Positions 1 through 8,614 of a stretch of DNA of 64,000 bases are shown one piece after another. This DNA comes from a virus (Duplodnaviria; Caudoviricetes). Position numbers and translations under genes: made by a program. Below the pieces are notes generated by a model. The model worked only from the letters and a program-made list of their open reading frames with translations. It was not told the DNA's origin and did no database searches. Every line of letters begins with the position of its first letter. Positions within the stretch are counted from its first letter, which is position 1. The stretch covers positions 9,053-73,052 of IMG/VR virus record IMGVR_UViG_2908446538_000001; one strand, given 5' to 3'.

Positions 1-49
1 GGACATGAGGAATCCTTGCCGCGATGCTCGCAGCGATTGAAGGTGTTGG

Positions 50-166
50 TTATTGGGTGATTCGATCAGCGAGGGCGCTGAGCAGCATCAGGAAGGTGCA
101 GAGGGAGAGGGCAGAGAAAGAGCCGCGCCAGATGAGCAGGCGCCGGGTGCGCTGGCGGGTGGTCAT
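50..166 (-). CDS. Small phage membrane peptide (38 aa, MTTRQRTRRLLIWRGSFSALSLCTFLMLLSALADRITQ)
   Basis: Read manually; ATG overlaps the stop of the 163-510 gene; hydrophobic stretch; below ORF-track cutoff. Confidence 0.55.
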   Translation of the reverse strand: MTTRQRTRRLLIWRGSFSALSLCTFLMLLSALADRITQ

Positions 167-510
167 TGCTGCGCCTCTCTAATCTTCGCAGCAGCCCTCA
201 CTATGGCCCTGCATATGGCAGACTCGGAACGACCACCAACCACGTCCTCACAAGCTTGACCATCGTCGTGATAAGCCTGAACCCATCCAGTCTGAAAGCC
301 GCGCTCAGTCACCACGTTCATGTCGATGCTTATTCCCAAGCGCGCCTGAAGAACAAAAGCGTGGCCGGTATTGAAATCGAGAGGGCTAAAGCAGCCAGAC
401 GAAAAGGTATGGCTGCTCAAGCACACGTAACCATTCTTGTCTGGGTAATGGCCGTTGCAACGAAGGCCAGCAGCTTCGGCGGCCAAATAGAGCATTTCAC
501 GGTCATCCAT
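163..510 (-). CDS. Phage hypothetical protein (early-left operon)
   Basis: 115 aa ORF tightly packed with neighbours on the minus strand. Confidence 0.65.
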   Translation of the reverse strand: MDDREMLYLAAEAAGLRCNGHYPDKNGYVCLSSHTFSSGCFSPLDFNTGHAFVLQARLGISIDMNVVTERGFQTGWVQAYHDDGQACEDVVGGRSESAICRAIVRAAAKIREAQQ

Positions 511-676
511 GACGAACCCTCACCGCGATACGCCCGCCCTTGATCGCAGCAGCAAGTTTTGGCGGTAGTGCCGACACAGGCAGGTCTCGCGGCAGGCCGG
601 CGCCGAGGATTGTCAGGCTGCGTTCGATCTCGGCGATCTGTTCGTCGATCAGTGATTTAACCGGTGCAGTGGTCAT
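503..676 (-). CDS. Small phage hypothetical protein (57 aa, MTTAPVKSLIDEQIAEIERSL...)
   Basis: Read manually; overlaps both neighbours as in a coupled operon. Confidence 0.55.
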   Translation of the reverse strand: MTTAPVKSLIDEQIAEIERSLTILGAGLPRDLPVSALPPKLAAAIKGGRIAVRVRHG

Positions 677-858
677 GCTGCCTCCTTGCGCGAGACCTTA
701 TTGAGGCGTGCGCAGTAGTGGTCGAATTCTTTGAGGGTTAGCGACCGATCAACGAGGAACTGAGTGATCATCCGCTGAACAATTACCGCCTCTTCCTGAG
801 TGCTTGCTGCGTGCTTGAGGCTTTCTAGCGCGTCGTCGATAAGGATGTGAGCGCTCAT
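673..858 (-). CDS. Phage hypothetical protein
   Basis: 61 aa ORF, ATGA overlaps with neighbours. Confidence 0.65.
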   Translation of the reverse strand: MSAHILIDDALESLKHAASTQEEAVIVQRMITQFLVDRSLTLKEFDHYCARLNKVSRKEAA

Positions 859-1292
859 AGGTCACCATCCACGTCGTCTTCGAGCTCTTCCCGTTCTGCT
901 GCAACCGCGTCGGAGGCGTAGGGCCTGAGCAAGTCCATAGCGATCCGTTCCGCGGCTTCGATGGGGCGCTGTTCGCCCATCAGTTCCGCGGCGTGGCCGC
1001 GTGAGTCCGCTTGGCTGCCAAGGATTGAGGACAGGAACAGCCGAGCAAGTGAGTCTCGCTCGTCCAGGCCGTCGATTTGGCGCTGGTTCAGGTGGCCTTG
1101 AAGGTACGTGCAGTAACGATCAAACGTCACCACTTGCGGCTGGCCGTGGCGGCGCTTCCACTTGATGTCCATGCCGCACACCAACTGCTCGGCCGAGTGT
1201 TCCAGCCACTCCTGTTCCGCGCTCGCCTCGCTGACCTCTGGCGGCAACTGAGCGTCGTAACGCTCCTGGCATATCTTCAATGCTGCGTTCAT
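855..1292 (-). CDS. Phage hypothetical protein
   Basis: 145 aa ORF with GGAGG RBS, coupled to downstream gene. Confidence 0.7.
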   Translation of the reverse strand: MNAALKICQERYDAQLPPEVSEASAEQEWLEHSAEQLVCGMDIKWKRRHGQPQVVTFDRYCTYLQGHLNQRQIDGLDERDSLARLFLSSILGSQADSRGHAAELMGEQRPIEAAERIAMDLLRPYASDAVAAEREELEDDVDGDL

Positions 1293-1311
1293 GGTCGCCT
1301 CCAGGGTGGCG

Positions 1312-1737
1312 TTACTCGGTGGGCCGGGTCAGATCGTTGATCGACTTGATAACGTTCAGAATGTGTTGCGCCTGAACTTCCATGGTCTGATCGGACTTGT
1401 TTTGTTGGCAGGTCGAGTCAGAGTCAGCCTGCTGCCAGTAAATCTGCCCAAGGGAGAAAGACCGGCGCAAAGCGCTTTCGACCATTGCAACGATTTCAGC
1501 GGTCCAGGCCGTATCCCGCTGCTGCAATGCGGCGCCATAATCGAGGCGGCTTACAAGCTCGACATGAACGTCATCAATGCTTGTCACGAGGTTGCGCTGT
1601 AGCGCTTCACACTCCGGCATGTCATAGACCATATCGATATCGCCAAGCTCTCGATTATCAAAGATCCCCCCAAGCACAAGAGTCGCCAGGGTTTTAACTT
1701 CACTCAGCTTCTCGCTGCACTTGATCCAATCGCTCAT
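1312..1737 (-). CDS. Phage hypothetical protein (N-terminal 'MSDWIKCSE' DUF551-like start)
   Basis: 141 aa ORF, GGAGG RBS; WIKCSE start is typical of phage accessory genes. Confidence 0.6.
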   Translation of the reverse strand: MSDWIKCSEKLSEVKTLATLVLGGIFDNRELGDIDMVYDMPECEALQRNLVTSIDDVHVELVSRLDYGAALQQRDTAWTAEIVAMVESALRRSFSLGQIYWQQADSDSTCQQNKSDQTMEVQAQHILNVIKSINDLTRPTE

Positions 1738-1758
1738 GGCGACCTCCAGTGTTTGGGG

Positions 1759-2388
1759 TTAGGCGTCTGCGGCAATGTCCGAGAGGATTTGAGCTTTGCG
1801 CTTCTCGAAGCGAGCGCTCCAGGTTGGCCTGCCATCTACGCGCCAGATGGTGGCGCCGCGCTTGCGGAGCTTCCGGGCCCGAGCTGGAGAAATTCGATTC
1901 CCCCATCCCCTGGTGCGGTAAATGTCCTCCCAGTACTCGACGGTCTCGCGCTTGTCGTACTTGTAATAACGGCTGCTCGGCTTGTTCTCGGACAGCCAAG
2001 CCTCTACCAGCGACCTCGCGACAGTGGCTGCACTGAACACGTAGCAACTCTCCAGTGACTCGCGGGTGCCAATGCCGACATGAACCGTGGGGACACCAGG
2101 GTCGCCGCCGGAATCCCAGACCTGGCCTTTGCACTCCAGAGTCGAGCCGTCAGAAAGATTGATGCTGAAAGAGCGACCCGCAAACGCATCACGGGTACCT
2201 GGCACAATCTTCATGAAGTCGAAGAAGCCATCGTGGCTCGAAACAAGCAGGTTGCCGGTGCGCTCGTATACACGGCGTGGCATTTCATCCAGCAGCAGGA
2301 ACATCTGCCCCTGCTTGGTTTTGATCACATCCAAAATCTTTGGCATTTCGGGAGCTCCATTCGTTGGTTCACCTGTATTCGTCAACAC
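1759..2388 (-). CDS. Phage hypothetical protein
   Basis: 209 aa ORF with GGAGG RBS, in line with the operon. Confidence 0.65.
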   Translation of the reverse strand: MLTNTGEPTNGAPEMPKILDVIKTKQGQMFLLLDEMPRRVYERTGNLLVSSHDGFFDFMKIVPGTRDAFAGRSFSINLSDGSTLECKGQVWDSGGDPGVPTVHVGIGTRESLESCYVFSAATVARSLVEAWLSENKPSSRYYKYDKRETVEYWEDIYRTRGWGNRISPARARKLRKRGATIWRVDGRPTWSARFEKRKAQILSDIAADA

Positions 2389-2495
2389 TCATGCCTCCCG
2401 CTGGTTGCCGATGGGCGCGGGGGAGGAGTGCTGACGTAATAGAGGTGGGGAAGGGTAGGTGCCGGTCTTTCCCGGCTGTCATGGCGCTGGTCGTC

Positions 2496-2699
2496 CTACT
2501 CGGCGTCCTGCTCAAGCCAAGCAATCTTCGGCGCCTCTTTGCGAAGCGCGAAGTACTCGACTTGAACCTTGGCGCTGTTGATCATCTTGCCGCCGAGATT
2601 GGCGAGTTCGGCCGCTTCGGCCGGCTTCAGCTCGCCGGCCTGCAATTGGCGGAAAACGTCGGCCAAGTTCTTGCGTAATTCTTCAGCGTTCTTCATCTT
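2496..2699 (-). CDS. Small helical phage protein (MKNAEELRKNLADVF...)
   Basis: Within ORF 2496-2750; start moved to the ATG overlapping the end of the upstream gene. Confidence 0.6.
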   Translation of the reverse strand, partial: KMKNAEELRKNLADVFRQLQAGELKPAEAAELANLGGKMINSAKVQVEYFALRKEAPKIAWLEQDAE

Positions 2700-3234
2700 G
2701 ACTACCTTTAATGAGCCGCCGGAGCAGCATGTGAGCTCGTTTTGCTTCAATTAATATTTTCGGGATATTCGATTTGTTCAGACTTGGCGAGTACTGCCTG
2801 ATGTGAGCGATGACTACAGGGTCAGGCAGGGAGTCCCTGTAGTTTTTCGCCTTCTGCTGAACAAGCGCTCTGTTCCGTTTTCGGCTCTCCCTTTGCTGCT
2901 CGGCAAGCCTTTCCTTGTTGGTGGCCCGATATTGCTTTCTATCCCTCTTAGGCGCTGGCTTGCTCGGAGAGTCAGGCTTAAGCCGATACCTCTCTTTATA
3001 CTCAGCAAGCTTTCCTGGATTTTTAGCGCGCCATTCCGCAGCAATATCGTTTTTCGATTTGCGATATTCGGGATCGGACATTCTTTGTTTGCGCTGGGCG
3101 GCCTCGACCAAATTGCAGCACGTTCTGCACGAAGATCTCAGGCGAGATCCGTTCTTCCGGTAGTCTGACGCTAGCTTAGGAAGGCGGCATATTGAGCAAA
3201 TCCTTGTCTCGATTTTCAATTGATTGCTCTCCAC
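2683..3234 (-). CDS. Basic phage protein with N-terminal CxxC...CxxC zinc-finger-like motif
   Basis: CSIC...CRTC followed by Lys/Arg-rich helical repeats. Confidence 0.6.
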   Translation of the reverse strand: MESNQLKIETRICSICRLPKLASDYRKNGSRLRSSCRTCCNLVEAAQRKQRMSDPEYRKSKNDIAAEWRAKNPGKLAEYKERYRLKPDSPSKPAPKRDRKQYRATNKERLAEQQRESRKRNRALVQQKAKNYRDSLPDPVVIAHIRQYSPSLNKSNIPKILIEAKRAHMLLRRLIKGSQDEER

Positions 3235-3552
3235 TCAATTCAACAATGCCGCCTCATAGAAGCGGCATCAGTAAATCTGTGGGTGCTTCATCTCCACCAC
3301 GCGCATCGCCCGATTCATATCTCTAGTCGGCGTCACACATTTCGTGGACGGTGTTCTTCGCCGACCGGCTTGCGTGGTTTCGCGTACTCACATCTGATGA
3401 GCACGGCCAGTTCCAGAGCTGGCGTGGAGATCGAATTTATTGCTCGCACTGTGCCCATTGCTGGGGATTGATCTGCGAGGTTCCCGTGCTGTTAAAGAGC
3501 GGCGGGCTGTGAGGCCCTTCGCAGTCCCTCGTAAGTCGCTGCGATGGATTAA

Positions 3553-3597
3553 ATCTACAACCAAAAGTTACAGCTTGCAAGCTTTTTGGTTGTAGAT
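3553..3597. promoter_or_regulatory. Putative OL operator region of the leftward early promoter
   Basis: Inverted repeat ATCTACAACCAAAA...TTTTGGTTGTAGAT; same GGTTGTAG half-site occurs between cI and cro. Confidence 0.6.
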
Positions 3598-3697
3598 ATT
3601 TCGATTTAAAGTTGTCGGTGGGTTCTGTCATGGTTGTAGGTCCGAATCCCAGGCATGAAAAAGCCCGCACTTGGCGGGCTCTGGTGACTCTCGGCTG

Positions 3698-4321
3698 TCA
3701 GTCGGTAATGGGGGGATACTTGCCGCTCACCGAGTCCCTGTAAACGATCTCGCTGAATAGCCTGGGGCCGTCGCGCATCGTGACCATGGCTTGCTTGGCT
3801 TCTTCCTTCGTTTCGAATGGGCCGGCACCCACAGCTAGGCCAATCATTGAAACGACCGGAAGCCCGCTACTGGTAATGGCTTCAATGGTTCGCTGCTGCT
3901 CTTCTTCGTCACGGCAGGCAGTTGATGCGACCCACCCATTTTTAAGGCGCGGGGCGGCTACTGGCTCAACATCAGCGCCGCAGTGCTTGCATTTGATGGC
4001 CGCGCATTTGATCGTCTCGGCACAGTAAGGGCAGGCGCGATCACCGGATACGACAAGGCCCTGCGAACTTTTTTCGGCTGGGCTTTCTGTGTTTGCTGAG
4101 GAAGCCCACACCAAGGCTGCAACCCAGCCCAGGAATGTCCACCCCAAGAGCAGGTTCACCAGAAAGATCGAGGTGAAGTTGACGTGCTTGCGATTCGAAG
4201 CAACGAACGTAGGCAGGAAATAGATGACAAAGGCAGCCACAAGAAGAACAAAGCCAGCCCAAGGGCTTCCACTATCCATATCGTAAACCTGATCCATTGA
4301 ATTGAGCTCGCACTCTACCAT
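3698..4321 (-). CDS. Superinfection immunity (T4 Imm-like) membrane protein fused to zinc ribbon and a C-terminal domain
   Basis: IYFLPTFVA...IFLVNLLLGWTFLGWVAALVWA is the Imm signature; CPYC...CKHC zinc ribbon. Confidence 0.85.
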   Translation of the reverse strand: MVECELNSMDQVYDMDSGSPWAGFVLLVAAFVIYFLPTFVASNRKHVNFTSIFLVNLLLGWTFLGWVAALVWASSANTESPAEKSSQGLVVSGDRACPYCAETIKCAAIKCKHCGADVEPVAAPRLKNGWVASTACRDEEEQQRTIEAITSSGLPVVSMIGLAVGAGPFETKEEAKQAMVTMRDGPRLFSEIVYRDSVSGKYPPITD

Positions 4322-4402
4322 TCGTGGCGTACGGCCACCATTGGAAGGCAGGGAAGGGTAGGCGCAAGAAGCCCGGCCCAGTTGAAGGCCAGCAATTCGT
4401 TT

Positions 4403-4729
4403 TCAGAGGGAAGTTGCGATCGCCCGGGCGAGTTGGGCGTCTGACATCAGCGGCGGTGCGGCGTTGGAGCGGTAGTATCTGGAGGCTTGCTCAAACTGCG
4501 CGCCGCGGATCTCGCCATCCGAACCAATGAACGCCAGAGCGTCGGTCTTCGCCGATTTGAAAACCTTTGGCGGCTCGGTCGTGAGGGATGTGGTCGCCCC
4601 AACCAAAATGGTTGGCGCGGAGATTGTGAGAAATATCGCGGCAGCGATAGGGTTGGCGCCATCACCTGATACGGCCTGCGTGCTGAACGATGCCAGTAGG
4701 GCTATCGCCAATGTCTTCCATGACTCCAT
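4403..4729 (-). CDS. DUF2388-like exported protein
   Basis: Signal peptide; DALAFIGSDGEIRGAQFEQA and SDAQLARAI motifs. Confidence 0.75.
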   Translation of the reverse strand: MESWKTLAIALLASFSTQAVSGDGANPIAAAIFLTISAPTILVGATTSLTTEPPKVFKSAKTDALAFIGSDGEIRGAQFEQASRYYRSNAAPPLMSDAQLARAIATSL

Positions 4730-4836
4730 GCTTCATTGCTTCCATTGCGATCTAAGGGCGCCACCATAGCAGGGTAGTGGCTCGCCAGAAACAAGAAGCC
4801 CGACGCAGGGCGGGCTCTATGTAACCGCGTCAGAAA

Positions 4837-5268
4837 CTAACGATGCTTGTTATTGTGTTTATGCTTGTTGTTGCCTTTGTGCTTCTTACCATCCGATCGA
4901 TGATTGCTCTCATCATCCGCCAGGTTGTTTCCAAGCGCGCCACCCGCGGCACCGCCCAGACCTGCGCCGATCGTCGAGCCAGTCGTGCCGCCGAGGCGGT
5001 TACCGATGAGGGAGCCACCAGCCGAGCCGATACCGCCACCTAATGCGGCTTCAGCTCTGTTTCCTCTCTGAGCGCCGACAGCACTGCCCGCAGCACCACC
5101 TACGCCTGCGCCTACCGCCGCGCCAGTTGAGCCTCCCAGCTGTTGGCCTACGATATTGCCAAGTGCACCACCAACGCCGCCTCCAAGGCCGGCTGTGCCG
5201 TCTCCGGCAGCCATTGCTCCTTGCGAAATGAGTACGCCCAAGAATAGGGCGGGCAGTGTCATTTTCAT
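4837..5268 (-). CDS. Glycine-zipper (YmgG-like) exported/membrane protein
   Basis: Signal peptide followed by GGxxGGxxG repeats and His/Lys-rich tail. Confidence 0.85.
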   Translation of the reverse strand: MKMTLPALFLGVLISQGAMAAGDGTAGLGGGVGGALGNIVGQQLGGSTGAAVGAGVGGAAGSAVGAQRGNRAEAALGGGIGSAGGSLIGNRLGGTTGSTIGAGLGGAAGGALGNNLADDESNHRSDGKKHKGNNKHKHNNKHR

Positions 5269-5512
5269 TTTTTGAACCTCTATGGGTTGTCAGCAGGCGC
5301 TCACGGTTTAAAGCACGCCTAGCATTAGGACTGGAGTAGAAGTTTGTAGTTCTCTACGGGCGGTGTATGCGGGCGAATGGTTGTAACAATATATGCCGTG
5401 ATGGATTCGGCTGCAGAGCTCGGGCTAAACGGTTTCACCAGGAGTTGGGATGACCAGAAGAGTCGAGTGTGAAAGAGCAGAAACAAGAAGCCCGGCGCTG
5501 GGCCGGGCTCAA

Positions 5513-5962
5513 TCAGATGAAAGGATTTTCTTGAATATCCGCAGGGGAGGCTACGTCGATCTCGAGTCCTGCACAGTACAGCCTCTCGCCGTCAGCTATG
5601 ACCTCTACGGTCAATTTTCCAGGCCCTTCAATCTGGAAAGGGCTCAGTACAGCCATCAACTGGATATAAGAGCTATGAGCATCAGGTCCAGGTGTTGGGA
5701 GTGATGCGTCCATGGCTCTGATTTCCTCGGGACTCAGAAACATCTCGAATGCTGCCTGGCCTCTAAAAACTCCCCGCACAGAAATATTTTGAAAGGCTTG
5801 GTTCAAAGGTGTTGAGATGTGAACTACGGTACAAAGCTTAGAAATGGTTCCGGGCAGCGCGGATGTAAGCATTTTGTCGTTGTACACACCGATGTAGCTG
5901 TTTTTTCGACCAATTTCGGCGCGAACGTCATCGCAGAAAAATGTATGTGCATAGCGACTCAT
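5513..5962 (-). CDS. DUF6941-like beta-rich protein, third gene of a TA-like operon
   Basis: FCDDVRAE.G.K.SYIGVY motif; ATG overlaps the stop of the HTH gene. Confidence 0.6.
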   Translation of the reverse strand: MSRYAHTFFCDDVRAEIGRKNSYIGVYNDKMLTSALPGTISKLCTVVHISTPLNQAFQNISVRGVFRGQAAFEMFLSPEEIRAMDASLPTPGPDAHSSYIQLMAVLSPFQIEGPGKLTVEVIADGERLYCAGLEIDVASPADIQENPFI

Positions 5963-6456
5963 TTCGGTTCCTTCCGAGCGTTTATTTTCTGCTGGTTCTC
6001 TATCATGCATTGAAAGTCGTTTGGCGTTATTACCAAGGCGTCACACAGCCGTAGAACTGTATTAAACATGACGTTGACCGATCCTTTTTCGATATTAGCA
6101 ACGTGCGGCTGACTAGATCCGATTATTGTCGCCAGCTGCTTTTGCGATAGCCCTCTTCTAAGCCTAACCGTACGAACGGTGTTTTGCTCATCAGGGTAAA
6201 AGCGATCGGCAACCCATACCGCAGCAGCAGCAAGGCCTTCGCGATTTGAGTCGTCACTCTCAAGCTCTAGCTCCAAGTCTGCAAAGTCTTGATGAGCTGC
6301 AGCAATGTTTGACGGCTTTACGCTAAAACTGCCGATGTGAATATTGGAGTGCCGGGTCTCAGTTTTGACTGGCGGAGGCGAATCGCTACCAAAGGCCTTC
6401 GACCAGTCTTTTATAAGAACTGGCGATTCGCTGCGAAATAGGGTGTTTAAGCTCAT
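5959..6456 (-). CDS. XRE-family HTH protein, HigA-like antitoxin
   Basis: VRTVRLRRGLSQKQLATIIGSSQPHVANIEKG is a canonical Cro/CI HTH; follows toxin-like gene. Confidence 0.75.
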   Translation of the reverse strand: MSLNTLFRSESPVLIKDWSKAFGSDSPPPVKTETRHSNIHIGSFSVKPSNIAAAHQDFADLELELESDDSNREGLAAAAVWVADRFYPDEQNTVRTVRLRRGLSQKQLATIIGSSQPHVANIEKGSVNVMFNTVLRLCDALVITPNDFQCMIENQQKINARKEPK

Positions 6457-6832
6457 AATTGAATCTCTCATCGTGTATCACGCCAAATTCAGACTTTTCA
6501 ATCACCGCTAGGAGCACATAGCGATTCTCAGTAGGAAAAAAAGCGTGAATGAACCTATAACCTGCCAGGTCCTCGTCAAAAAAACGAAGCCTCCAAAGGT
6601 TCATTTGGGCGTTTTGCGCTTCAACCCATGGTCCGGTATTGAAGGTGGCTGTTTTGGGGCGAGGCCATTTAGGCGATCCTCCCCAGTCCATTTGTGTCAG
6701 CCTGTCCATCGCATCTTGGTCATCGCGGAGCTGTTGAACCGCCCGATAAACGATCAGGCCCTGCTCCTTGTCTTCCGCGATCACGCCCCGAATGTCAGCT
6801 GTAGCATCGTTGTGAATGATGTACTCGTACAA
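6386..6832 (-). CDS. RelE/HigB-like toxin candidate
   Basis: TTG start with AAGGA RBS; LWRLR...GYRFIHAF...YVLLAVIEK resembles the RelE core; toxin-before-HTH order. Confidence 0.55.
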   Translation of the reverse strand: MYEYIIHNDATADIRGVIAEDKEQGLIVYRAVQQLRDDQDAMDRLTQMDWGGSPKWPRPKTATFNTGPWVEAQNAQMNLWRLRFFDEDLAGYRFIHAFFPTENRYVLLAVIEKSEFGVIHDERFNYELKHPISQRIASSYKRLVEGLW

Positions 6833-7032
6833 TATATCGTCCTTAGTATATTTCTACAACAACGCTCTCGCTTGCAAGGTGTAAAATCCGCTTGCTGCTG
6901 ACTTTTTTGTCCGTATCGGCGATACCTTGAGGAATCTTACCGCCTACCATGCCGATTTGACATGCTGATATGAGCTCTCTCCCCGAGTGAAGCACGCTTA
7001 CAGCCAGCCAAGGGCAAACGTTCGCGCTTGCA

Positions 7033-7251
7033 TCAGCCAAGCACGCCATAGAATTGGTTCAGCGCTATCAGCTCAACCACCGCCACGAAAACGCACAGAG
7101 CAATGAAATTAGGGCTGAATACCCGCTTGCTATTCGATGATCCCCCGCCTGACCAGTTCGCACCAGTATAGATAGTGAGTGTTGCAACGAGTGCGAGCAG
7201 AGCATAGGTCCAAGCCTTGCTCCAAAAGCTTTGCTCTCGCCATGCAGTCAT
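7033..7251 (-). CDS. Small two-TM membrane protein downstream of cI
   Basis: Two hydrophobic segments; ATGA-coupled to upstream gene. Confidence 0.65.
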   Translation of the reverse strand: MTAWREQSFWSKAWTYALLALVATLTIYTGANWSGGGSSNSKRVFSPNFIALCVFVAVVELIALNQFYGVLG

Positions 7252-7493
7252 TTGCGCTGTTCCGCAGTCCGAATTATCCGGCAGTCCTTCACCTCATCCG
7301 CATAACCCTCCAGTCGATCCTCATCAGCATGAAACACGGTGCACATCTTCAGCACGGCCTGGGCGTCTTCCTCATTCCCTGCCAAGCTCAGCCGCTCCGC
7401 AATCCTCATCAGCTCTACGGCTGACCATTTTAGGTCGGAGGCGATGCCTTGCAGGTCACGCTTGAGGTCTTGGTTTGGCTTGGTCAGGGACAT
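7248..7493 (-). CDS. Phage hypothetical protein immediately downstream of cI
   Basis: 81 aa ORF with AAGGAG RBS. Confidence 0.7.
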   Translation of the reverse strand: MSLTKPNQDLKRDLQGIASDLKWSAVELMRIAERLSLAGNEEDAQAVLKMCTVFHADEDRLEGYADEVKDCRIIRTAEQRK

Positions 7494-7509
7494 AGCCGGC
7501 TCCTTTTGG

Positions 7510-8232
7510 TTAGCGGGCGTACATTCCCCACCAGAACACGTGCCCTAGGATGCCGATCTGCTCATCCTGCATCTGCTGGAAGCTATAGTCCTCATCCGGG
7601 TGATCGTCGCGGTTGAAGCTTCGCAACCTGATCCCTGATGGAAGCCTGAAAACCTGTTTAACACGCATCTGGCCATTATGGTTTATGGCGTATAGGTCGC
7701 CATCGATGATGTCGCCCAGGCTCGTTTTGCCCAAGTCGATGCCCACCGTTGCGCCATCGCGCAACACCGGGGTCATGCTGTTGCCACGGACCGTCACGCA
7801 CTTGGCGTTGCTGAACTGAACGCCGTTTTCGCGAAGGTTCTTCTTGCGGAAGCGAAGGCTTTCCCCCTCGTCCTCCTGAATGACAAAGCGGCCCGATCCT
7901 GCGGCCAGTTCGACTTCGCGCAGAAATGGAACCTCAACCTCGTCATCGTCGAGCGGGGTCTTTTCGTCCCAGCCATCAATAGCCTTCATGGAGCTGGCAT
8001 TCGAGTCAGGCGCGGTTCGGCCCGTTTCACCAGGACCGCCATCTATTAAGTAGCCCATCGAAGTGCCGAGGGCCTCAGCCAGGTCGCCCAGCTTGCTATT
8101 CCGTGGCGTAGAGACGCCAGCCTCCCACTTCTGGACAGCCTGAGGGCTCAGCCCCAAACGACGGGCCAACTCCGACTGGCTAAGGCCTGCCGCCTCTCTT
8201 TTTTGCGCGATGCGCTCACCGATATTTTTCAT
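7510..8232 (-). CDS. cI: CI-like repressor (XRE HTH + S24 autopeptidase)
   Basis: HTH LSQSELARRLGLSPQAVQKWE; AAGSG cleavage loop, GNSM catalytic Ser, VK catalytic Lys; start moved to MKNIGERI. Confidence 0.95.
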   Translation of the reverse strand: MKNIGERIAQKREAAGLSQSELARRLGLSPQAVQKWEAGVSTPRNSKLGDLAEALGTSMGYLIDGGPGETGRTAPDSNASSMKAIDGWDEKTPLDDDEVEVPFLREVELAAGSGRFVIQEDEGESLRFRKKNLRENGVQFSNAKCVTVRGNSMTPVLRDGATVGIDLGKTSLGDIIDGDLYAINHNGQMRVKQVFRLPSGIRLRSFNRDDHPDEDYSFQQMQDEQIGILGHVFWWGMYAR

Positions 8233-8241
8233 CGCCGAATC

Positions 8242-8319
8242 ATACAAACAACGGTTGTAGATGTAATTGCGAATTTGAGTTGTAGATAAATACGTCCATG
8301 GGTTAACCTTAGGTTGTAG
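8242..8319. promoter_or_regulatory. Putative OR operators / divergent cI-cro promoters
   Basis: Three (G/A)GTTGTAG half-sites (8253, 8278, 8312), two in imperfect 19-bp palindromes. Confidence 0.6.
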
Positions 8320-8338
8320 CTGTAACTTTGAGGTGCGT

Positions 8339-8560
8339 ATGACGCAGACAGCAATCCAGAAGGCCGCGAAAGCTGCCGGCGGCCAATCCGCCTTAGCCCG
8401 GTCACTGAAGGTCACGCCACAAGCAGTGCAGAAGATGTGCGCCACCGGGCGCGTTCCTGCTGAGCGAGTGCTGGAGATCGAGAAATTAACCGGGGTTCAT
8501 CGCTCTGAGCTGCGCCCAGACCTTTACCCGCCAAGGGTGAAAAGGCCGCAGGCAGCGTAA
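8339..8560 (+). CDS. cro: Cro-like (YdaS-type) regulator
   Basis: GGQSALARSLKVTPQAVQK...LRPDLY signature; divergent from cI; GAGG RBS. Confidence 0.9.
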   Translation: MTQTAIQKAAKAAGGQSALARSLKVTPQAVQKMCATGRVPAERVLEIEKLTGVHRSELRPDLYPPRVKRPQAA

Positions 8561-8614
8561 GCGACATCCCTGTCCGCAGTTCCATTGAAGCCAGATTAGA
8601 AGAGAGCAGTGCCC

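Noticed and set aside
1-3234. Integrase/excisionase and recombinase genes
   Set aside because: No tyrosine/serine recombinase motifs in the window; another gene starts at position 6 on the minus strand, so they probably lie to the left
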